Assembly: GCA_002633005.1 (NCBI GenBank)
Contig: NMRA01000288.1
Span: forward strand, 426,685-490,684
Source of the DNA: Phoronis australis
Taxonomy: Eukaryota > Animalia > Phoronida
DNA length: 64,000 nucleotides
Direction of reading: 5' to 3'
Positions 12,544-24,326 of this stretch are shown one piece after another; position 1 is the stretch's first letter, and every line of letters begins with the position of its first letter. The notes under the pieces were generated by a model. The model was not told the origin of the DNA and ran no database searches. It worked only from the letters and a program-made list of their open reading frames with translations. The position numbers and the translations under genes were made by a program.

Positions 12544-12725
12544 TTATCCAGTCGCAAACATCACATCAGCAGGAGTCATAACCTCCCTACCCAACATCGG
12601 TGTAAACCCCGTTGACCGGCTTACACACGCTCGAATAGCTCCCGCAATTTGCGTAAGAGATTCCAATCATTCTGAATGTCGCGCACGTAACACCGAATCG
12701 CTTTCATTAAGGTCCGGTTGATGAC
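12544..12725 (-). mobile_element. Gypsy (Ty3) integrase core C-terminal remnant
   Basis: Manual translation with one frameshift: VINRTLMKAIRCYVRDIQNDW / QIAGAIRACVSRSTGFTPMLGREVMTPADVMF, the conserved segment after the catalytic Glu of Gypsy integrases. Confidence 0.78.
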
Positions 12726-13320
12726 GCTTCTTTGCAAAATATTTTGAGGGAGTAAAACACCTGCTGTCGCTCAACTATAAACACACAGCCATAATTTCCT
12801 CGATCAATGACGATGGGCTTTCCGTCACGATAAACGTAATTGTAACTCATGGGGTCGTGAACAACAGTCTCATCAACATTAATAGCAAAGTCTGGCAGAT
12901 CGAGAAGCGGCGACGTCTCGAAAGCTAGAAATGAAAAAGCAGGTTCATATCTAGACCAACTTCTGTTGTTTCTACTACGCTTTTTCCATAGAAAACACTG
13001 ATTTCACTTTTCGAAATGCTCTTGGAAAAATGACAACTTTTGGATATCCCCTTGTCGGTCTAAGCCATCTGCGTCATCGCTCATACCAGGTACTGGCAGG
13101 AATCGAGTTTCTGTAACTTCTTCCGGGAAAATGTGTAGAGTACCGTCTGTAATCAAGCCCAGGCTCTTGATCGCGGAGTTCGGATTACTATCATCTTCAC
13201 ATCTTTTGGAATCTCCAGAGGATGCAGGCGGTGATAACTTGCCACCCTTAGCTAAGCCCTCCTATTCGTGAAATCCCAAACTATCGACGTCCCGCAGTGT
13301 GGTGACTATACGTGGATCTT
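12726..13320 (-). pseudogene. Degraded reading frame ending in protein kinase subdomains I-II
   Basis: One frame with two stops, ending ...YRDGKPIVIDRGNYGCVFIVERQQVFYSLKIF (Gly-rich loop and VAxK-like Lys); truncated where the Gypsy integrase sequence begins. Confidence 0.5.
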
Positions 13321-14163
13321 GACTAACGTTCAAACAATGTACATGTACACAGTTGTCACGGAAAGGTCGCTTTTGTTTTGTTCGTTGTTTGCTAGCAGCA
13401 AAACATCCAGGTAGAGGTGACTCGTTACTCTTGACCTCGTGACCGTTGCCTCTCTCTCAACAGGATAATGTATCTATGTGGTTCTCGGCTGTTACTCATA
13501 TATGTTGCCCTGTTTTGTAATATCCCTTTTTCGGCATCACCAAAGCAACCAGGAGGAGGTAAGTCGTTACTTTTGGTCTTCACCTCGTCAAAATCCCTTC
13601 TCAGCTTTGTTTCGTCCGGGTTGGTATTGTAGTACATTCAAGGCAAAGGCACACCAAATACTCAACAAAGATTACGACAGCGCAAACAGACGACTTGTCA
13701 GTCGGAATACCACAAAGCCAAGGAAGCAGACGCCCTCTTACGACCGCCGAGTCGCGTGTGAGCTTTCCATTGGTTGTTGCCGTCAGTTTTTGAGGGAGAC
13801 AACTCCACAGCTTCACAACACGGGCCTTAAAGGCGAAGGCAACCTTTTTCATGTCATTTTGAGCTAAAATAAGGTTGGTTGGTTATCCTAGACATACTTT
13901 CCACTTAATTACAGCTTTTCGTAATTTTATTAACTACTCGTCCTCTACTCCGGAAGTGACGTTTTAGGAGGCAAGCGTTTCCCGCCACTTGGTTTTGCGT
14001 TGATTTTACCGTGAGAATCTGTTCTATTCTACTTTTGTTTCGTGCTGTTTTTCAACAATTGTCGCCACCACTTTCCATCGGCGAGTATTCTGCGGCAAGA
14101 TAGGTTAGTAGGGAACTCAACTACGTTGGATTTAGAGATTGTGTAGTATGTTGTACGTTGAAA

Positions 14164-14435
14164 ATGGCTGGAGTCGGTGACCCGTATCACAGTGACAGTA
14201 GTGTGAGTGACGGAGACCTTGTTCACAGCAGTGGTGACGAGGAATTTTTTCACGGACATTCAGTGGATGGGTACATGTTTGAGCCCGAGTATAACGAAGG
14301 CAGAGTACGCACAGGCACAGGCAGCTGTTGAGAGAAACGAGACGGCTACTGAGGACAGACGTGGTGACACATCTTGGTGGTAATGCACTGTGTGATTTGT
14401 TATGCCTACCTTAATGGAATGCTTGTGCTGTTCGA
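14164..14435 (+). pseudogene. Kolobok accessory gene (KolX-like, P2X7-tail-like Cys-rich) 5' remnant
   Basis: MAGVGDPYHSDSS...GYMFEPEY then (frameshift) RRGDTSWW*CTV*FVMPTLMECLCC, matching the YxFEP...R....WCxCxxCxxMxTxxECxCC pattern. Confidence 0.65.
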
Positions 14436-14439
14436 CGAG

Positions 14440-15252
14440 GCCAAGCCACTACTGGACACGGTTAAGTGGACCTCCGGCATACCACGGACAGAGGAACAAC
14501 TGTCCCACTTGCCAGAGTGTCCCGCGACACACTCCCACTGGATGGTGACCTGAGCACCCAAACTGCTTACATCGTGTCGTGTGACTCCCTCGCCACACAC
14601 CTGGCACCTTCTAAATAGCTCCAACACTTTAGACAAGTCCACAATAAACTTATCAAAGTTTGGCTCACCGATCTGTTCACTGGACGACGAACTGTCCTCT
14701 TCACTGGGTGTCGAACTGGGCCTGTAATCACTCCCACTACTCAATATCGCTGCAGGGCTGCTTAGAGGCTCTGGGCTGGAGAAAACAGCACAGGGCGAAT
14801 CACTACTGGTTCCAGGAATGGCACGCTCTGGGGGTACGTTCGGAGGCACGGGTGACAGTAGATGAAGTGCCTCCACTGGCTCCAGTCACTGTACTGGCCA
14901 CAGCTCGCGAGGCTTCTCGCTTCAAAAACGCACTTCTCGGGGGTGGCGACGGGGCACTGCCGGGAATCAACACAGACGGAATGGCATCCTTCTTCAGGCG
15001 TTGTTTCTCAGGGACCTTCATCATTTCAGCGTACAAATCCCTTTCGTAATTGGACGGCAGAAAGTGTTTGCCACACACACGGTAATTCTCGACTGCTTTG
15101 TACGTTGCGTGGACGGGTAACACTGCGTTCTTCACACGAGCGAGCCAAGTACGGCGAAGTGTGTCATCCATCGGAAAGCGATGCAAAGGTACTCCCAAAG
15201 CGCGCGTGAGACGATAATTAGTACATCCCGGTACGCAGCAACAGTGTGGCAT
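14440..15252 (-). pseudogene. Kolobok transposase N-terminus (THAP finger plus second Zn motif), frameshifted, DDE core missing
   Basis: MPHCCCVPGC...LHRFP...W...RVCGKHF...LKKDAIPSV (THAP), then FIVDLSKVLELFRRCQVCG...WECVAGHSGKWDS. Confidence 0.85.
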
Positions 15253-16426
15253 GTTGACTGACTAGTAAATGAAAGCAAACGACGACGGAACTTAACACAA
15301 CCGAGGTAGAACAATGACTGAGTCGGCAGCTCTCACAGTCACACTATATGAAAAGAAATTGGGGCGAAATGCTTGCCTCCTAAAACGTCACTTCCGGAGT
15401 AGCGGACGAGTAATTAACAAAATTACGAAAAGCTATAATTAAGTGGAAAATATGTCTAGGATAACCAACCAACCTTATTTTAGCTCAAAATGACATGAGA
15501 AAAGGTTGCCTTCGCCTTTAAGCTTCTGAGAGTCACTGCCATCTCCTCGAGTCCCTTTTCAAAAGTAACTGATAAAATTCCATGTCTATCTCGTCTACCG
15601 GGGTGTATTAAATGAGACAGCAGGAGAAGTCGACATTTGGCCGTGCCACCGTTGCTATTGCATTTACAATTTGTCAAACGAAAACTCGAACTCGTATCAC
15701 AAGTAAAAACCCATAGTGATGTTGAGCAACTGGATGACTATTTAATCGAGGGTGAATGTTTAGAAGTTTTAAAGATTTGTAAAAACAATGACGTCTCCAG
15801 GAAGTGACCGGTTAAATTATGAGTTCTATAAATATAACTACCACGAAGCCAAAAAGCCTGTAGTTGAAGTACTTGAATATTTTTAGTAGGGGAATTAATT
15901 ACGCCACGGAGACAAGGAGCCATGACGCTTCTGAAGTCTAAAGATGATGCCGACCAATATCGTTATAAAACATCAATTATGAACTACAATAAAAGTTCTT
16001 ACAGCCCGTCAACGGTAAAGCACGATATTATTAAATATAAAAATACTCATGGTCAACGTCATTTTCCATTTTATGATTTTTTAAAAGCATGCGATTCAAT
16101 AAATGGGACTTTATTTTTCAAATATTAAATATTTTCAATTCTGGACAGGTTTTTACGAGTACTGAAATTTAAACTAACCCAAAATAGATTTGTCAGTAAT
16201 GGTTTTGCTAAATATTACTTTCCGACAGAAAAGGGCGTGAGATGGTGATTCCTTGTCAGACTCATTACTTTGTACAGTGAACTCCAAAATATTACCCATA
16301 CTACTTTGCATGAAAGGTGACGCCACCCTAGCAAATGATTGACGAACTGCTATCAACAATAAGGTGTATACGAGTGTAATTTACTGGCTCTCACCAGGTG
16401 GCGAAGGAACGAAGCTATGCACTCGT

Positions 16427-16930
16427 CTCGCTGGTTCCCTGCGTGTCCGCTTAGGTGTCGGGGGACACGCAGATATCCTTTAAATTTCCTCGGGAATTTT
16501 TTTACACCGGCGTTTCTGATTGACTGGTCGAATTGTCATCAAGTAGGACTTTATACTTAAACAAACCAGCATAGTGGTCTGTTGTACAGAAAAGTTGCGA
16601 CATGTTCTAGAAATGTGAATCGGAAATTTGCGGTTGTGCGTTTTCGACGTGCGCATTTTTTTACTGTCGCTGACTTCTGTTTACGTTGCTGTCCTGTATT
16701 CACACACTTTGAATAACTCAGCCAGATCTGTGTGCATTGTATGCGCTTCAAGCACGCGGATATTAAACATTACTGCAGAAACGAAGTATTTGCTGTTACG
16801 CCACTTGCATGACAAGGCTAAAAATCATTCACAGTCCGCCGTTTTCTTTCGTTGTGAAGTTAACCAATAACTACCGAGGTTACATCAACCAGTGATAAAG
16901 CGCGTAGCGGACACGCAGGGAACCAGGGTT
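16427..16930. mobile_element. MITE, intronic copy, inverted relative to 17389-17929
   Basis: TIR ctggttccctgcgtgtccgct / agcggacacgcagggaaccag; flanks gcactcgt / acactcgt look like a TSD; internal sequence matches the reverse complement of the 17389 copy. Confidence 0.72.
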
Positions 16931-17211
16931 ACACTCGTAAGACCGAGTGTAATCCACGTGTCGGTGTGTAATGCACTCGTATGAAGCGCCAAAGTATGAA
17001 GCGCCAAAGGGTCCTTAAACGAGCACATTTCAACGGGTAGAAATGTACTCGTTCAGCGCTACTCCGCACATGGTCTAGCTACAGGCGGTGCACCACAGGG
17101 GGGCTGAGGGGGTTTTAGCCCCTCCACTTTTTTCAGAGCTGTGCCGCCCATGATACGTGAGTGTAAAACACACTGAAACGCGAGTAGGCTAAAACCGATC
17201 GGCCTACTTAC

Positions 17212-18048
17212 TGGTGGTGACGTTAACAGACACCAATTCACTGCTTGCCGTCCCTACCCCCGCAAGACCTGCGACCGTCTCAACGCTGACCCGGTAGGTT
17301 AAACCTGGCTTTACGCCCTTCAGTGTTAATGATGTTTTGTCCACTTTGTCAACCACTAACGTTTTCTGCAACCCTCTCTGGCCGATAGCTCGCTGGTTCC
17401 CTGCGTGCTTAGCCCAGCCAGCACGCAGGTATCACGCAGTGGCACGCGCTTTAGCATTGGTCGATGTAATCTTGGCAGTCATTGGTTAGCTTTACAACAC
17501 CGTGAAAAAATGATTTTAGCCTTGTCATGCAAGTGGCGTCGCAGCAACTATTTCGTTTGTGCAGTGATGTTTAATAGCCGCGTGCTTGAAGCACATACAT
17601 GCACAATAAACACATATTACGGTGTGTTATTCATACTGTATAAAGACACTATCGTAAACAAAAGTCATCGACAGTAGAAAGATGCATTCCGAAAAGGCTC
17701 AATCACAATTTCTAGGCTTCACATTTCCTGAACATAATTTTAAGCACCGGTTTGTCTGTACAACAGACCACATTTACACTTCAGTCCATCAGCCATGCCA
17801 GTTTGTTTGCGCAAAGCGCTGCCTGTTGACGAATCGACTAGCCAATCAGAAACGCCGGTGTAAAAAAATTTACAGAGGAAATTTAAGTGATACCTGCGTG
17901 CTGGCGCGGCTACCGCCCCACCTAGCGNGGCCGATAGCAGCGTATTTTACGCGGTAGTGTGTAAAGTGCCCGGATGACGGCGCAGTCCACGTAACATTTA
18001 TTTTATCTTCAGATGCGGTGGCTTTCAGACCAAAGGGAGAAGACGGTT
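17212..18048 (-). CDS. FN3 exon 13, interrupted by a MITE
   Basis: ttcAG| at 18048 and |GTaagt at 17211. Removing 17389-17929 plus one TSD gives an intact 288-bp phase 1-1 exon EPSSPFGLKATASEDKINVTW...YAAIGQRG...VKPGLTYRVSVETVAG...VNVTT. Confidence 0.82.
17389..17929. mobile_element. MITE inserted in the FN3 coding exon
   Basis: Ends CTCGCTGG...CCTAGCGNG; subterminal inverted repeat ccagcacgcaggtatcac / gtgatacctgcgtgctgg; TSD GCCGATAG at 17381-17388 and 17930-17937. Confidence 0.85.
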
Positions 18049-18611
18049 CTGAAAAAAGTTCAAATCCACACAATGATACTCCAATGGATGCAACAAGGTT
18101 GGCTTCGGAGACCTATTTTAGTCAATTCTGTCCAGCTGGTCTTAGTAGAACATTTCAGTAATAAATCGAGATGTAATTTGGCCAAGAAACAACACACTGT
18201 TCAAAGGCTGTTCGTATAGGGTGAGCCGACCACGTGACAACTATTTCCATGTTGAGGAAAGCCATATATACCTGGGTTTTCATAAACGTCCACCAGAGGC
18301 GAAATTTTAATTTAGACCACTTATTATTCTTCTACACAATTGGCGGTCTCAAATTGTTCCTTCATAAGATGATAAGAGATTTATTGGGTTGTGAAAATTA
18401 CGCTCATTATTAATACATGAAACCAAGCTCGGCACATAAAATGACACGCAGTGTCAAACGAATTTGAAGAGATTGGGCTCAAGAAATAACGAAATGTCAC
18501 TTATTTCTTTCGAAGCCATAGAATCACGTAAGGACTCTAGATCGATTTTTTGTGATTGAAAGCGGGTTTATTACCACGTTAATATTCACAGTGTCACAGT
18601 ATAGTCTACTA

Positions 18612-18730
18612 TGTCTGTATCTTTTCTGTATCTGTATCTGTATTTGCGTATGTACATGTACTGTTTTTGTATTTGTACATTATTTTTATACGTATATGTG
18701 TATGTATTCGTATATGTATATGTATATATA
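18612..18730. repeat. Degenerate GTAT/TGTATA microsatellite
   Basis: Low-complexity tgtatc / tgtata iterations. Confidence 0.8.
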
Positions 18731-19200
18731 CGGGGCAAAGTCTTCTGTTTGTGTGTCTTTCTCGTTTGTGATTGTGTATTTGATGAGGATTAGTGTAAAA
18801 TATGTCCAATTGGTGGCGTTTAATCCGTCAACTCCTTTTGCAACAAACATCAGATGCAAAGGTGGAGAGGGCTCTTGACTAACATGCAGTGAGTCGAATG
18901 CTGGTTTTTCAGTTCAGTACAATAACTAATAATCACATTCCTCAATTATAGTCCATAAGTAAGAGGGCCATTATAAAAACACACGATGACTGTAAAATGA
19001 ATAAAATATCGAAAATTGGAAGAACTGTGTTGTACTAATTTCCCATGGCACACAAGTAATGCACAGGTCACGAAAAAGCAGACACCCGTGAGATTTTATC
19101 AAAGTAGGCCGAGTTTTATCGTCATAACATCAACACAGCACTTCCAGTATATAAAGTAAAGACACGAAAAACACGAAAGGAAACCGACTGATCTTCTTAC

Positions 19201-19488
19201 TGGTGGTGATGTTCACTGACACCAATTCACTGTTTGCTGTCGGAGCTCCAGCACTTCCTGCGACTGTCTCAACGCTGACCTCGTAAGTTGAGCCTGGATT
19301 TAAATCCTTTAGCGTACACGATGTTTTATTCGGTTTGTCAACCACGATCGTTTTCTGCGACCCTTTCTCGCTGATAGCCTTGTATTTTACGAGGAAGTGT
19401 GAAAAGCTACCAGCTGACGGCTTAATCCACGTGACATCTATTTTATCTTCTGTTGCCGTGGCATTCAAAGCAGAGGGGGGAAACGGTT
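19201..19488 (-). CDS. FN3 exon 12
   Basis: ttcAG|...|GTaaga, 288 bp, phase 1-1; EPFPPSALNATATEDKIDVTW...LKDLNPGSTYEVSVETVAG. Confidence 0.9.
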
Positions 19489-19924
19489 CTGAAATATGTT
19501 GAAATCCACGCATTGGTGCTCCAACGAATGCAACAAGGTTAGCTAAGGAACCGTATTTTAGTTAATTCCATCCAATTGGTCTCATTAGAACATTCTGATA
19601 GTAAACCGAGATGTTTTAAGCCAAATAATAGCACACCATTCAAACGTTGGCGGTATAAGACGAGCCGACAACGTGATAACTATTACCGTCCAGTTTGTTT
19701 TTTGCGGGTATCCATAAACCCGCCTTCCGTCCAAGATGCGAAATTTGGATTTAGACTACCCACCGCCGTAAAATTTGCCTCCACTTGTTCATTACTCGGA
19801 TGAAAAGAGATTTCTTGGGTTGCAAAAATTCACAGTTCCTGATTCCTTGAAATTAAGCTCGATGCATAAAATGACACGCAGTGCCCAGCGAAGTGGAAGA
19901 GTATGGCGTCAAGGACTAACAGGC

Positions 19925-19966
19925 ACATATATATACATATACATATATACATAAATATATATATGC

Positions 19967-20063
<97 letters not shown>

Positions 20064-20120
20064 TATAGATATAGACTTGTCCATCACATATAGACACACA
20101 CATACACACATATAGATATA

Positions 20121-20178
<58 letters not shown>
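19925..20178. repeat. (TA)n and (CA)n microsatellites next to the assembly gap
   Basis: Long TA and CA runs. Confidence 0.95.
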
Positions 20179-20486
20179 NNNNNNNNNNNNNNNNNNNNNN
20201 NNNNNNNNNNNNNNNNNNNNNNNNNNNNNNNNNNNNNNNNNNNNNNNNNNNNNNNNNNNNNNNNNNNNNNNNNNNNNNNNNNNNNNNNNNNNNNNNNNNN
20301 NNNNNNNNNNNNNNNNNNNNNNNNNNNNNNNNNNNNNNNNNNNNNNNNNNNNNNNNNNNNNNNNNNNNNNNNNNNNNNNNNNNNNNNNNNNNNNNNNNNN
20401 NNNNNNNNNNNNNNNNNNNNNNNNNNNNNNNNNNNNNNNNNNNNNNNNNNNNNNNNNNNNNNNNNNNNNNNNNNNNNNNNNNNNNN
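20179..20486. other. Assembly gap (N run)
   Basis: Continuous n characters; could hide a further exon. Confidence 0.99.
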
Positions 20487-21490
20487 ATGCAATAAAATTC
20501 TAAGTTAAGGGCTAAAATGAGCCGTCAGTGGAATAAAGTTACAAATAATCATTAAAATACTAACTTTAACATTCTCAATTAGTTGAGTTTTGGATTAGAG
20601 TTATTGAATTTGAAATATAGGTTGCTTGCTCAAACTCGAAGTTTCACCTACGTCAGGGGTACAAGTTGAAGCACAACTGAAATCCGCCATGTTTACTATT
20701 TCAGGTCCTTGAATTGAGAGTTTTGAGATTGTTTTAGAAATTCCATCGCCAATTCACCACTCACGAAGACAGTTAATGGGATCCAGAAAAGATAAGGCTT
20801 CGAAGGTTTATGCAACACCAGACTGAGGGAGGTGCACGCAGATTTTATTTGGATTTTGGACGGTTGAAGTTGGGAGCCTCGGCTTGGCAACGTTTAAGTG
20901 TCCAACCTTTATGTTTTCTTATATATATCATTGAGTGACGTCATTTGCGATAAACCCAAGCGCCTGTGGTGCATAACGAGCAGTTGACAGATCGTTTGTT
21001 TTTTTTTTGAAACTTGAAACTAAAGGAAAAATGCTTTAGCATCAACAGAAATTCAAAATCTTTATCAATAGACCATAGTAAACAGTTTAACTTCTGTTTC
21101 AGTGGCAAAGAACCACTTTGAAAAATGCAAGTAAGTCTGTTTTTCACATTCTATGCCATTAGGATTTTAAGTTGCGTAAAATTAAAAAGGAATGACGTAT
21201 CAGAAAACTGTTACGGCGTTTTCGATATTTCATATTGAACAATTCCATCAAATAAAACTTAGTCGCGCTATTGATGCCGTTCTTTTGCCTTTCTTTTTGG
21301 TAAACTTTACTAAAAAGACAAAGTCGTGTGATTCAATCAGTAACATACATGAAACAGTGAAAAGTCAAAAATCAAATTATTCAGGCTTTCTAGTTTCAGA
21401 AAATATATACTTTTACTAAGTTAAAATCTATAGTTTTGCATTGTTTTTGCTAAATGCACAGACTTTTAGAGAAGGTCTTACATCGTTTAA

Positions 21491-21857
21491 AAGGGTACTA
21501 ATCTGTTTTGATGACTTCAACCAATCCTCGTTCTGTCGCCCACTAACGCATCATTGCCGTCTCGGTCTCACTTATATGATTAATACAGGATTCAACTAAA
21601 AATCACTCATGTGTACCGTCTGTGTCACAAATTAGTTATATGGTTCATAGTTGGTGGTCTTTCCTTGCAGTTGTCGTGTGCTTAAAATGTAGATCACGCT
21701 TGCAAGTTTAGCAGACTTTGTAAGGAGTTTCCAAATTTTGCTCCAAACTTCTGAGGGATGTCGATCGTTACAGGACAATAGTTTGTCTCAGACAACTGGA
21801 TGAGGAAAGTCGTTTTTACTATCTGTAAAACAGGCCAAAACAGGGTTTGGTATCCCT
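21491..21857. mobile_element. TTAA-flanked non-autonomous element (Kolobok-type MITE)
   Basis: TTAA at 21487-21490 and 21858-21861; ends aagggtactaatctgtttt / aaaacagggtttggtatccct; homologous to 4476-4821. Confidence 0.6.
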
Positions 21858-22202
21858 TTAAGTTCAAATCACTGAGAGAGGTACTAAACGTTGTCTTTAA
21901 AGTTCTTTAAAAAACAAAGCACCCGATTCACACTGGTCGTGACACGGTAGGTATTTTGAGCTATCATCCAATATAAAATTAAGAGAACGTTCTTTTCTTA
22001 CGACTACATTTCGTATCCCAGGAACCACGTTTTTTGTGCTGCACGTTTCTGTGTTCAGCGGACATCGTGTTTGTCGTTGTTCTTCGGCATAGGACGCTGT
22101 TAGTGAAAACCCCGTGAGGCTTTGAGGAATATTGACCTCACTTTAACAGTACACACAACACTTTGAAGAAGCCATAAACAACAAAAAATACTTAAAACTC
22201 AC

Positions 22203-22490
22203 TAATTGTAATGTTTACCGACTTCTGTTCACTGTGTGCTGTCGATCCACGGGTACCTGCGACGCTTTCTATGCTGACTCGATATGATGATCCGGGTTCC
22301 AAGTCCGTGAGATTTAACGATGTTTCTTTACCTTTCTCAACAAAAATCGTTTTCTGCAACTCCTCTGCGTTGATTGGTGTGTACTTGACGAGGTGGTGGC
22401 TAAAGCCCCCAGATGTCGGCGCTGTCCATTTGACACCAGTTATCTTACCGTCAGTTGTGATGACTTTCACGTCAGACGGAGGTAATGATT
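22203..22490 (-). CDS. FN3 exon 11
   Basis: tctAG|...|GTgagt, 288 bp, phase 1-1; ESLPPSDVKV...VKWTAP...LTDLEPGSSYRVSIESVAG. Confidence 0.9.
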
Positions 22491-22578
22491 CTAGAAGACA
22501 CAAACAGGCATTGATGAGGAGGAAGGCTCATTTTTATTACAAAAATGTTCATAGATTATCGACACCAAATGTACTAAC

Positions 22579-22869
22579 TTGTTGTGACTGTTGCCGATAA
22601 AGGCACACTCGTTATCGCACCAGGGATCTTCGACGACACCACCGTAACGGAGACATTGTACGTACTTCCAGGAGTCAGACCAGTTATACTTAGGGCCGTT
22701 CTTTCGCTTTTCTCCACCACTTTGGACGTGGTGACAACCGGGACCCGTCCGTCGATTGGAGTGTAATCAACAACGTAGTGGGAAAAGCTGCCAGATTTGG
22801 GTGAGACCCATTTCACATCGAGATCCGTTGTTGTTGAGCTGATGTTAAGTGACGCTGGAGGCAATGGTC
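22579..22869 (-). CDS. FN3 exon 10
   Basis: cacAG|...|GTtagt, 291 bp, phase 1-1; PLPPASLNIS...VKWVSP...ITGLTPGSTYNVSVTVV. Confidence 0.9.
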
Positions 22870-22884
22870 CTGTGGGAACAACAC

Positions 22885-23320
22885 TACTATCATAATCATC
22901 ATTTTCAACACAGACGTGCCCATCAACACTATTACAACCATCAGCATCATACTCTCATGAATGTCATGATTATCACCGCCGCCACCACTGTCGTTGTCAC
23001 CATCATCATCATCGTCGTCGTCATCATCATCGTCATCATCGTGGTCATCGTCGTAGCTATGGTAGCAATAATCATCACCACAGTCATAGTGACTATCATC
23101 ATCGTCGTCGTCATCAGTGTCATCAAAATCGTCACTGTCATCATCATCATCATCGTCATCGTCATTATCGCAGTCACCATCACCACTATCGTCACCGCCA
23201 TCATCATCATCATCATCACCACCATCATTACCACCATCATCACCGCCATCATCACCATCATCATCATCATCACCATCATCATCAGTTCATAATCATCACT
23301 ATCGTTGCATTCATCATCAC
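22885..23320. repeat. Degenerate (CAT/CAC/CGT)n trinucleotide repeat
   Basis: Long ATC-type run that generates the spurious poly-I/M/S ORFs. Confidence 0.95.
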
Positions 23321-24326
23321 GTCGACGACACTGTGTTAATATACTCCTTTCGTTCCATCTGCAAGCAATGGGCTTACATGCATCATAATTGCATTCGTCA
23401 AAACGTGGGCGTTATTGTCCCAATAATTTCAGATTTTGTCCCACCCTCAAGAAGTGGGATAACACGCTTAACACAAATAAAATCTCGAAGTTGTTCCCCG
23501 GCTGTTCATTGTTTGCTGCTCGAAAGGAACGTCCTTACCAAGCTTCACAAGCAATAAGTTTTATGAGATTTTTGTAAAAATTCGGAGACCTGATTCCTTT
23601 GACATTTAGTAAATTTTTAATACTCAGCGCATGCCAGTGGAGTTCAAAGATTTTATAATGCAAAGATACTTTGAACTGTTTGTCGAGTTTTTCTCAGAGT
23701 TAAAGAGAGTACTCCAGCAGTTACGGGGCTAAAAGAAGTTGGAAAACGACTATTGAATTTTCAAAGCGGAAAAACGTTTTTAATACTTCGTTGAAGCTGG
23801 TAACTGCAAACAGCAATAGATATATTTCGGTATCAAACAGCCACCACGATAATTATAAAGCGGCAGAAAGACGTATCACTTGTTGAGGCAAATGAGCCCA
23901 TTAATTAAAATAGTTTTAAAAGCTCGGACTTCATTATGTGTGGGTAACACGGATGATTTTTGACAAAATGAGTTCCTAAACGAGGTTAAAAAAGAATAAC
24001 ACTAACCGAGAATGATTTTTGATAATCTTGCTGATTGCGGTAAACCTGTGTTCAATAGAAATGTTAAAAAAATCTGTTTCGAAGCTTGACAGGAAACCGC
24101 GAAAATTAGACTTTGCAGAATTGCTACGACGAATCTTTCTCTTTCAATTCCGTATGCACCGGGTCTGGAATGTGTGCAAGGGAAATGATGACCACCATGT
24201 GGGAACGAAAGCATTTTGCGGCACCACTAAAATGGCTGCCGGCGGTTATTTTTCCATTAGTCATGTCCTGAAGGGGGTTGCGAGTCCCATCATCCAACCT
24301 AAGTCCACTAACGAGAAAATACTCAC

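Larger units (their letters stand above)
13831..15517 (-). mobile_element. Kolobok DNA transposon, internally deleted (1687 bp)
   Basis: TTAA on both sides (13827-13830, 15518-15521); near-perfect TIRs of about 150 bp starting AGGCGAAGGCAACC; THAP transposase 5' part and a convergent second ORF. Confidence 0.88.

Noticed and set aside
13831-15517. piggyBac assignment based on the TTAA TSD
   Set aside because: Termini are AG..CT rather than CC..GG and the protein has a THAP finger, which fits Kolobok.
19830-20492. 220-aa and YI/CV-repeat ORFs
   Set aside because: Artefacts of the N gap and dinucleotide repeats.
22849-23557. Hydrophobic, Met-rich and Ser/Pro-rich ORFs
   Set aside because: These are translations of a (CAT)n microsatellite.
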